From the sequence record NC_028256.1: a stretch of DNA of 13,769 nt; one strand, 5' to 3'. Both the position numbers and the translations under genes were made by a program. The notes under the pieces are model-generated. The model saw only the letters and a program-made list of their open reading frames with translations. It did not search any database and was not told where the DNA came from. This document shows positions 1-6,355 of the stretch, in pieces; positions within the stretch are counted from its first letter, which is position 1, and every line of letters begins with the position of its first letter.

Positions 1-387
1 TTAAATACCCCTATTTCTCATTCTATCCCAAGTCTTGTGCCCTGGCAGATAATGTAGCAGGCTCCTGTAAGGCTCCTCTAGCTTCACAGCCTGGCTTAGC
101 ACCCCCCTATACTCTACTAGGAGCTGGTGCCAGTGCTTGCCTGGGCAGAATATGACTTTCCTGCCTCTGCGGAGCCTTCTTACGACTTCGAGCTCCGCCA
201 GGCGTCTTATCGCCCTCTCGACCGTGTGCCACTCTGGGCGCTCGTGCTTGGGGAGGGCGTAATGTATCCAGCTCCTTAGCCCCTGGTAGGTGAAGCACCT
301 TGAGGTCCTGCCTTCCCTGTAGACGTAGCGGTAGATCAGTATGAGTGTTCGGCGCTCGCTGGGTGCTAGGCTGTTAAGCGTCAGCAT
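1..387 (-). CDS. Winged helix-turn-helix DNA-binding protein (128 aa)
   Basis: ATG at 387, TAA at 3-1. Pattern helix (SERRTLILIYRY), recognition helix (WHTVERAIRRLAELEVV), wing (RRLRRGRKVIFCPG). Last gene of the leftward operon, overlapping the upstream ORF. Confidence 0.8.
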   Translation of the reverse strand: MLTLNSLAPSERRTLILIYRYVYREGRTSRCFTYQGLRSWIHYALPKHERPEWHTVERAIRRLAELEVVRRLRRGRKVIFCPGKHWHQLLVEYRGVLSQAVKLEEPYRSLLHYLPGHKTWDRMRNRGI

Positions 388-640
388 GCTCGGCCCGCCT
401 CTCCAGGAGCATCGAGTAGAAGCTGGATGTCTGGCTCATAACGCCAGCGATGAAGGCGGCATACATGGCCTTGCACGGGTTGCCCCTAAGACGGCTCCAT
501 ATTTCAGCAAGGACCAAGTCCCATCTCCCGTGTTTCGCAGCTAGATCAACTATACCGTCCATTATCTCCACGGCCTCGCTAATGGTCAGCCCCATTCTCT
601 CGTGCAACCTGGGCTTCTCGTATGGTAAGCAATACATCAT
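374..640 (-). CDS. Hypothetical alpha-helical protein (~88 aa)
   Basis: ORF-track frame 374..643; ATG at 640 chosen over TTG at 643. Tightly packed between the 113-aa and 128-aa ORFs on the same strand. Confidence 0.7.
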   Translation of the reverse strand: MMYCLPYEKPRLHERMGLTISEAVEIMDGIVDLAAKHGRWDLVLAEIWSRLRGNPCKAMYAAFIAGVMSQTSSFYSMLLERRAEHADA

Positions 641-646
641 CAAGAA

Positions 647-988
647 TCAACCCCTAGACTCCAGCTCTACCCTTAGCTTCCCGTTGCCGTCCAGCCTCTG
701 CTTGGCCGCATCTAGAAGCTCTCTGGCCTTCTCCTCGGCCAGTTCTTTCAACACAGCCCGAGTGAGCTCCCTTTCGAGCCCCAGCCTCGCATCTTCCAGG
801 ATTTTTCTTGCCTCTCTCAGCCTCTCAGCGGCTTCCGAGCGCTTCTCCCTGTCCACCGCCATGATCGAGGCATAGCCAGAGTAGCAGGCGTCGCTGCCTG
901 GGCATAATCTCTTCTCGATCTCGATCAAGACGTTTATGTAATGCTCAATCAGGGCCACGGCCTCAGCAACTACCCAAGACCTAGCCAC
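647..988 (-). CDS. Hypothetical coiled-coil protein (113 aa)
   Basis: GTG at 988 preceded by GGGTGAGGGAGG (SD). Glu/Arg/Leu-rich heptad-like C-terminal half. Confidence 0.75.
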   Translation of the reverse strand: MARSWVVAEAVALIEHYINVLIEIEKRLCPGSDACYSGYASIMAVDREKRSEAAERLREARKILEDARLGLERELTRAVLKELAEEKARELLDAAKQRLDGNGKLRVELESRG

Positions 989-994
989 CCTCCC

Positions 995-1261
995 TCACCC
1001 CGTTATTATTGCGCCTATCTTTTCCAGCACCTGCTCGCCCGCCTTGGTCAGGTAGTACTTGCCCTGCCCGTTCTTGTCGACAAGGTTCAGCGCGAGTAGC
1101 TTCTGCATGAGCCCGTGTGCGCTGCTGGGTGGTATGCCCAGCGAGTCGCTTATCTCCTTCAGGCTGGCCCCCTGGGGCTTCTCCCTCAAAAAACGCAGAG
1201 CCCTAAGCTCTCGGACGGAAAGCCTGTCCAGCCAGTTCACACTCGACACCTCACAGACCAA
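995..1261 (-). CDS. wHTH transcriptional regulator, MarR/ArsR/IclR-like (88 aa), candidate repressor
   Basis: Classic HTH (ASLKEISDSLGIPPSSAHGLMQKLLALNLV) plus wing YYLTKAG. TTG start at 1261 lies about 25 nt downstream of a TTAAATA box (1290-1284), which suggests a leaderless mRNA. Confidence 0.85.
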   Translation of the reverse strand: MVCEVSSVNWLDRLSVRELRALRFLREKPQGASLKEISDSLGIPPSSAHGLMQKLLALNLVDKNGQGKYYLTKAGEQVLEKIGAIITG

Positions 1262-1361
1262 TTCCTAATTTGGAATTTGGAAATATTTAAGTGTTTACCA
1301 TTTGGAATTCCAGTTTCCATTTTTAAACTTCCAGATTTGGAATTAAGAACGGGTTTCTACG
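1262..1361. promoter_or_regulatory. Divergent promoter region with repeated operator-like boxes
   Basis: AT-rich. TATA-like TTAAATA on minus (1290-1284) and TTTTAAA on plus (1321-1327). ATTTGGAA at 1268, 1275, 1300 and 1335. Boxes TTCCTAATTTGGAA (1262-1275) and TTCCAGATTTGGAA (1329-1342). Palindrome TGGAATTCCA (1303-1312). Confidence 0.8.
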
Positions 1362-2021
1362 GTGGCGCTCAGAAAACCCATAGTAAGCCCCACCACAGCA
1401 TCTATACTAATACTACTACTACAGAGGGCCCAAGCCTCAAGCGTCGAGCTGGCCGTCGAGCTGGGCGTCTACCCCAGCCAGGTCAACGCCTATCTGCATT
1501 ATTACAGGAAGCAGGGTATAGTCGAGAAGAGCGGCGATGTCTGGCGGCTCACAGAAGATGGTTTAAAATATGTGCAGGAGCGCTATGATTATTTAACTAA
1601 TGTGGCTTCGGCTTTCGGAATAAAAATTAATAAAGATGAATCAAGAAGAATAAATCTTTATTCCGAAATTAGAAAGGTCGCTGTTGAGTGGCTCAACGGC
1701 CACGAGGATTGCCTGTTTATCGTCGACTTCCTGGCTTTCCTATATTTCGAGAGGGGTAAGACGTACTTCGAGGCTGGACGGGGGCTGGCCGACAGCCTGG
1801 CAGAGGCCCTGGAAGAGTATAGTAGTGGTGGTTATGTCAGCCCCTTCCGCGTCCAGGAGTGTCTCGCAGAGCTGTCCCAGAGGGGCGTCGTCTACATCTG
1901 GCGGGGGCGGAAGGTCAGGCTGGCCAAGCAGCTTATAGAGGCCGCCCGAAGACAAGCTCCCGCAGCTCCCGCAGCCTCTCGACCACCTGGACGCCCTTAT
2001 CCGTCAGGCGGACGCATTTAA
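1362..2021 (+). CDS. Tandem winged-helix protein (219 aa), candidate replication initiator or regulator
   Basis: N-terminal wHTH (SSVELAVELGVYPSQVNAYLHYYRKQGIVEKSGDVWRLTEDG) and a second wHTH-like unit (PFRVQECLAELSQRGVVYIWRGRKVRL). GTG start downstream of TATA 1321-1327. Confidence 0.8.
   Translation: MALRKPIVSPTTASILILLLQRAQASSVELAVELGVYPSQVNAYLHYYRKQGIVEKSGDVWRLTEDGLKYVQERYDYLTNVASAFGIKINKDESRRINLYSEIRKVAVEWLNGHEDCLFIVDFLAFLYFERGKTYFEAGRGLADSLAEALEEYSSGGYVSPFRVQECLAELSQRGVVYIWRGRKVRLAKQLIEAARRQAPAAPAASRPPGRPYPSGGRI
1613..1668. repeat. Perfect 12-bp inverted repeat flanking an AT-rich 32-bp spacer
   Basis: TTTCGGAATAAA (1613-1624) and TTTATTCCGAAA (1657-1668). Spacer 1625-1656 has 6 G/C in 32 nt. 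Confidence 0.85.
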
Positions 2022-2217
2022 CCCTTACACCCTTCTCCTCGCTAAAACAAACCGTCTCCTCTATGAGCCCTAGCCTCTTAAGGTGCTCCACGTTCTGGTA
2101 GAACGAGCCCGACCCAGCGAAATCTATAATCTTATGCTGGGGGAGCTCCCTAGCGTTATACCTTATAAACGTTAATAGAAACTTCTCGACGCCGCCGCGC
2201 TTAAACAACAGCTCCAA
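1933..2217 (-). CDS. MarR-like wHTH protein (94 aa), reminiscent of SSV1/STIV F93-type regulators
   Basis: Recognition helix SFYQNVEHLKRLGLIEE, wing hairpin ending VRLTDKG. TATA-like TATAAG at 2260-2255 upstream on minus. Confidence 0.8.
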   Translation of the reverse strand: MELLFKRGGVEKFLLTFIRYNARELPQHKIIDFAGSGSFYQNVEHLKRLGLIEETVCFSEEKGVRVKCVRLTDKGVQVVERLRELRELVFGRPL

Positions 2218-2265
2218 GGCCTCTCTACCAAGGCTTAGTTTTGCCTGTGTAATTCTTATATGATA

Positions 2266-2281
2266 ATTCGGTATACCGAAT
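2266..2281. promoter_or_regulatory. Perfect 16-bp palindrome, putative operator
   Basis: ATTCGGTATACCGAAT is its own reverse complement. It lies next to the TATA-like box of the 94-aa wHTH gene in a divergent intergenic region. Confidence 0.7.
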
Positions 2282-2371
2282 CAAGAAGGGTTGGGATCCT
2301 TGGCTAGGGCTGGCCCAATAATAATTATTTCCTTAGGGGGGTTTGCATCACTAGTGGTGTTATTCTCAAGG

Positions 2372-2467
2372 GTGGATCGCGAGATTGCAGCGTGGCTAGG
2401 GCTAGGTGTCATTCTCACCATGATCCTTGCGGTGCTCCTTGGTGGGCATGTTGTGTTTAGACGCTAA
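2372..2467 (+). CDS. Small single-pass membrane protein (31 aa; 37 aa if started at GTG 2354)
   Basis: Manual translation MDREIAAWLGLGVILTMILAVLLGGHVVFRR, TAA 2465-2467. One hydrophobic helix with a basic C-terminus; AT-rich upstream stretch at ~2318-2330. Not in the ORF track. Confidence 0.6.
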   Translation: MDREIAAWLGLGVILTMILAVLLGGHVVFRR

Positions 2468-2565
2468 GTATAAGCCCGTTATTAACCCGATGAGCCATGC
2501 AAGGAACCCCCCGACAAAATATGTTAACTATGTCGACGCATTCCTCTATCAACCCTGTACACCCA

Positions 2566-2739
2566 TCACTTCCCGAATGTTGGCTCCTCGGCTAAGAGCT
2601 CTTCCAGCTCCGCCTCGTACAGTTCTATAGCCTCTAACGCCCTCTTACGGGCCTCTGGCCATCCCGCCAGCCTCATGTTCATCTCTCTCTTGAGCTTAAC
2701 CAAGAGCCGCAGGATGGCCTCACGCTCGCAGCCAGACAT
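2566..2739 (-). CDS. Small charged alpha-helical protein (57 aa)
   Basis: Manual translation MSGCEREAILRLLVKLKREMNMRLAGWPEARKRALEAIELYEAELEELLAEEPTFGK. ATG 2739 preceded by GGTGG..GGTG; GAG/AGG/CTG codon usage like the real genes. Not in the ORF track. Confidence 0.7.
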   Translation of the reverse strand: MSGCEREAILRLLVKLKREMNMRLAGWPEARKRALEAIELYEAELEELLAEEPTFGK

Positions 2740-2767
2740 CACCAGCCACCACTCTAATACAAAACGT

Positions 2768-2840
2768 GGGGTGGGGGCGGGGAGGGAGGCGCCCGAAATA
2801 GAGCGGAGGGCCAGGGAGAAATTGGGGCTTAGGGGTGGGG
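2768..2840 (+). other. Two tandem G-quadruplex consensus motifs in an intergenic region
   Basis: GGGG-T-GGGGG-C-GGGG-A-GGG (2768-2786) and GGG-CCA-GGG-AGAAATT-GGGG-CTTA-GGGG-T-GGGG (2808-2840). Confidence 0.6.
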
Positions 2841-2844
2841 TTCG

Positions 2845-3168
2845 TTAGAGGCCTGAGGCTACAGCGCTGAATATGATGAAGGCGAACGCTAGGCTTACCG
2901 CCAAGTACCCGTATATTATTGCTAGGGCTATGGCAGCCCTTCTCAGGCGTCTCCCTGGGGGGGCTATGGCTACCCACAGGGCGGCCGCGGCCATCGCTAC
3001 GGCTGCCGCCGCCTGGCCCGTCGCCCCGCTCCCAGTCGCGAGCGCTATTGGGAGCCCGAGCAGGGTTAGGGGTGCTCTCACGGCATCCCCGCCTAGAGCC
3101 ATGCCCAGCAGCGTGAGCGGCATGTATAGTGCTGTGAGGAAGAGGAGGGCTGGGACGGCCCTTTCCAA
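2845..3168 (-). CDS. Multi-pass membrane protein (107 aa)
   Basis: Three to four Ala/Leu-rich hydrophobic segments. TTG start preceded by GGTGG; TTAATTAA TATA-like box at 3204-3211. Confidence 0.7.
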   Translation of the reverse strand: MERAVPALLFLTALYMPLTLLGMALGGDAVRAPLTLLGLPIALATGSGATGQAAAAVAMAAAALWVAIAPPGRRLRRAAIALAIIYGYLAVSLAFAFIIFSAVASGL

Positions 3169-3220
3169 GCGTGGCCACCAAAAAATCTGGGGGGTTTAGG
3201 GCGTTAATTAAGGGCTACAG

Positions 3221-5257
3221 CTAGGAGGGCTGGAGGGAGATGCTCTCGATCACGCCATAGGCTTTAACGAAGACTCCAGAGACCTGTAACAGCGAGGCGT
3301 CGGCCAGAGCCTTCAGACCTACCTCGACATAGTAGTCGCCAGCACCTAGCTGGAGGTTGTTCAGCTCGAAGGACAGGGTTTTCACCCCCTCCATACCAGG
3401 GGGTAGATCCTTCTCGATAGTTACTACAGTATCCTCTACATGCTTTATCAAGTTGCCGCTGGGATCGTAGAGCTTCACAACGGCTATCACGTAACCCGTG
3501 TTTCCATAGCTGTCAACACCGTAGTAGTACACCATCATCAGGATCCTGAGAGTGTAGCTGCCGCTGGCTGGTGCATTGAGCCTAACCTTGCTGTAGGCAT
3601 ATGCCCATGCATCCTCGTATATATCGCTAAAAGCAGCTACCCTCAGCAGCCAGCCGTCTCCCGAGACACCATAGTCTGCATAATAGCTTGTTAGACTGAG
3701 GAAGCCAGTGCTGTCTCCTCCAGTCTCGACAAGCTCCCCGCTCCAGAGCGCCTTCGGCTCCTGCAGAGGGTCTAGGGGAGACCTCCCGAGCCTCTGAGCC
3801 AGGTCCAGGTACAACTTGAGGGCCTGCACCGCCAGGATGGTGCTCTCGCTGTTCACTACGGCAAAGGGCCACTCGCTGGGCATGGGTCTCAATGCTTCTC
3901 CCACATCATAACCTAGAGTTGCCAGGACTCCAGTTACAGAGTCGAGGCCGCTTGTAAAAGTGTCCAGGATACCCCAGGCGCTAGGTTTTGAGACGAGGCT
4001 GCCTATATCATAGGCGGCGGGCCACCATCCCCTGAATAGGGCTAGCCTCACAGGGCCCCAGGGTGTGTCGTGCTCATAATCCCACTGTAGTCTGACAAGG
4101 ATGCCAGCCAGCCTATCGGCCATATAAAGTATGTCGTTGCCAGCCACCCACCTATCACCAGTCGTGTCATAGTACTTTACCAAGGCTGCCAGCAGAGTCG
4201 CATTGAGATATACTGGATAACCCTTGTAGCTCCAGCTAAGCCCGTAAACATTGGCCTTCTTGAGCCCGTACCCATCCCATCCGCCCTCTATAATTGCCTC
4301 TGCGATTAGCTGCTCCGCTTCGCTCTGAGCACTGGCGCCATACTTGTCAAGGAGATGCATAGCTCTAAGTAGCTTATGTAGGGGGAACTCCTTCCACCCA
4401 GAGATAGCCTCGTTGAAAAGGCCGAGGGAGTCGAGAATGTAGATCCTGCTCTTGTAAGGATAGTTAACCAAGTAGTCGCCCACCTGCCAGGGGTGCCCTT
4501 CATAGCCGTTCCAGGAGAGCCAGGTGCTGTACCTGTAGTCGAAGAAGCTGTCTGGATACGTTTTACTCCTGCCAAAGAGCGGCGCATACACGTCGTAGTT
4601 AAAGTCTACAACATTGTCCCAAAGCTCCTTCATCTTACGTGGATAGTAGCTGTAGCCCTCGTCCTCCAGCAGCCAAGCCGCTATTATGGTGCTGTGCCTG
4701 AGGACGTATCTCGCACTGTGGAACTTGTAGTCGTTCCCCTCATAGATTGTTTTGGTGGTGCTCCAGCCCTGTGTAACGCCGTAGTACCAGTACGATCCTC
4801 TGGTGCCTAGCGCTAGGTCGAACTGGTATTCAGATTCGTCGACGTATACTAGTAGCTCGTCAGTATTGTAATCAACGTTAGTGAGCGATGCATAAATCAC
4901 TATGTCATAGTCGCTGTCGCTGTCGACATTGAAGTAGTATCGCCACGCTACCATATTGTTTGTGACGCCAACCAGCTCCGTCTTGTAATATTTGTCGCCA
5001 GGATCTAGGAAGCTACCTGGAACATAGAGTTCGCCGTTGTACTTAACCATGATTGTCGGGCTGGGGTAATCTGGCATTACGTAGTAGGTGCTACCGTTAA
5101 CGTCTACGGGCCTGATGGCATCGAGAACTGCCTGGACACCCAGGTCTATCGCATTCTGCACGTCAGTCAGCGTCAGCCCGCTGGCCTTCACTGGTACAGC
5201 ATAGAGTATCGCCTGCGCTAACAGGAGAGCGACCAGAGCTAGAGACGCCACCCTCAA
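3221..5257 (-). CDS. Large secreted/virion protein (678 aa) with a probable (alpha/alpha)-barrel core and beta-rich domains; candidate receptor-binding or glycan-active protein
   Basis: N-terminal signal peptide (MRVASLALVALLLAQAILYAVPVKA), Tyr/Trp/Gly rich. Helical repeats such as NATLLAALVKYYDTTGD...ADRLAGILVRLQW and NSESTILAVQALKLYL resemble six-hairpin glycosidase/prenyltransferase-type barrels. TTTTAAA at 5276-5270 upstream. Confidence 0.85.
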   Translation of the reverse strand: MRVASLALVALLLAQAILYAVPVKASGLTLTDVQNAIDLGVQAVLDAIRPVDVNGSTYYVMPDYPSPTIMVKYNGELYVPGSFLDPGDKYYKTELVGVTNNMVAWRYYFNVDSDSDYDIVIYASLTNVDYNTDELLVYVDESEYQFDLALGTRGSYWYYGVTQGWSTTKTIYEGNDYKFHSARYVLRHSTIIAAWLLEDEGYSYYPRKMKELWDNVVDFNYDVYAPLFGRSKTYPDSFFDYRYSTWLSWNGYEGHPWQVGDYLVNYPYKSRIYILDSLGLFNEAISGWKEFPLHKLLRAMHLLDKYGASAQSEAEQLIAEAIIEGGWDGYGLKKANVYGLSWSYKGYPVYLNATLLAALVKYYDTTGDRWVAGNDILYMADRLAGILVRLQWDYEHDTPWGPVRLALFRGWWPAAYDIGSLVSKPSAWGILDTFTSGLDSVTGVLATLGYDVGEALRPMPSEWPFAVVNSESTILAVQALKLYLDLAQRLGRSPLDPLQEPKALWSGELVETGGDSTGFLSLTSYYADYGVSGDGWLLRVAAFSDIYEDAWAYAYSKVRLNAPASGSYTLRILMMVYYYGVDSYGNTGYVIAVVKLYDPSGNLIKHVEDTVVTIEKDLPPGMEGVKTLSFELNNLQLGAGDYYVEVGLKALADASLLQVSGVFVKAYGVIESISLQPS

Positions 5258-5347
5258 GGCGCATCGGTGTTTAAAATATCAAGGATAATGTCTAGTCTAT
5301 CACTAATTCATGGCCGCTCTAGGCTACTCTAAACAGCTTCCATCGCC

Positions 5348-6353
5348 TTAAATCCGTCTGGCCAGAGCTACAGCTCTCGCCAGGGCGATTGCAGCCGCCA
5401 GGGCCCCTCCAGCCGCTGCAGCCGCCTCGGGCAGACCCCAGTACTGACCCCTTGCCTTAGCCTCTGCAATGTACTGCTTGGTAGAGTTGTACAGGTAGTA
5501 AGGGTCCTTTATGGCTGGGTCGTTAGCTGGCTCTATGAAAGTGTTCTCATGGTACTCGTTCCAGCTAGTTATGGCTATCAATCTCACTCTGTCAAGGTTG
5601 CGGAGCACCCATTCCCACTGCCTCTCGTACCAGCCCTGGGATAGGTCGTAGTCTATAGAGAGGCCAGGGCTCCTGAAGTGGTCATCCCTATAACGTGGGG
5701 TGAGGACAACATAGCCGTCCCTCCTCACCCTCAGCTCCCCGCTCAACGCATTGTCGTAGTCTGGCCAGTAGTCCCAATCCTGGTAGCCTGCACTGTCAAT
5801 GTCATTACCTACTATCCTGATTGCGTAGCCAGGGAAGTCGGGCCTCGGGTCGTATGCCAAGCCTATAGGGTTGAACGCCAGCACCAGGGGCTTGCCGTCC
5901 AGCCTGAGATATGCTCCTGGGTAGCGGTCGATGAAATTTTGCTTTATATAAGCTAGGGTCTGCTCCCAGAACGCCCTGTCATACCTCGAGGGGTCGTTGC
6001 CGAGATAGGGCTCAACGAATATGGCGGCCTTGAGTCCGTAGAGCTGCGCCCTCCAGAACACCCTCCTAGCCGCCTCGTCCTCGAAGCCCCCTGGCCCCCA
6101 CCACGATATGAAGAGGCAGTCTATGCCAGCCTCCCGCATCCTCTGGAGCTGCCAGTCGATAACCCTAACGTCCCTGCTGTCGTAGAGGCCGATAACAGGC
6201 ACTGCAAGAACAGTGCTGTCCCAGTGCCTCCCATCACCGCTGTACCATGGGTAGAAGTAGACGCAGACTATAGGCTGGCTAGAGGAGTATACCGTGATGG
6301 GGGCTGTAGATAGTGCTAGCAGGAAAAAAGAGTAGTGCTGCTTCTCTTCTCAC
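5348..6353 (-). CDS. GH99/GH71-like glycoside hydrolase (endo-alpha-mannosidase family) with signal peptide and C-terminal membrane anchor; frameshifted at 6324-6329
   Basis: GH99-type motifs: VYFYPWY (in frame upstream of the track's 6202 start), GLYDSRD, AGIDCLFISWWG, FVEPY and ITSWNEYHENTFIEP (ExxE catalytic pair). The SD-led GTG at 6353 is in a different frame; removing one T from the T6 run yields a 334-aa protein starting MRREAALLFFLLALSTAPITVYS. Confidence 0.85.
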
Positions 6354-6355
6354 GG

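Noticed and set aside
1262-1345. CRISPR-like or mini-array interpretation of the ATTTGGAA repeats
   Set aside because: Repeats are only 8-14 bp, irregularly spaced and overlapping, with no spacer-sized unique segments and no cas genes.
1059-1588. 69-aa and 157-aa plus-strand ORFs
   Set aside because: They run antisense to the wHTH gene or across the promoter region, out of frame with the better supported 219-aa gene.
1955-1972. 9-bp tandem repeat AGCTCCCGC x2
   Set aside because: Explained by the encoded helix repeat LRELRE on the minus strand; too short to be meaningful.
2427-2630. 67-aa plus-strand ORF, and a 31-codon minus ORF at 2552-2457
   Set aside because: The first overlaps the 31-aa TM gene and is antisense to the 57-aa gene. 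The second has only a TTG start and no features. Neither is supportable without expression data.
2720-3199. 153-aa (-), 108-aa (+) and 65-aa (-) ORFs
   Set aside because: Alternative frames or antisense of the 107-aa membrane gene and the G-rich spacer; Pro/Arg/Gly or Ala-rich composition typical of GC shadow ORFs.
3440-4810. Several 81-105 aa ORFs nested in the 678-aa gene, and similar ones nested in the 391-aa gene and the integrase
   Set aside because: Out-of-frame or antisense shadows without SD, motifs or typical codon usage.
5348-6202. ORF-track start of the glycoside hydrolase at GTG 6202
   Set aside because: It omits the in-frame VYFYPWY motif and any signal peptide; the true start is better placed at 6353 with a frameshift.
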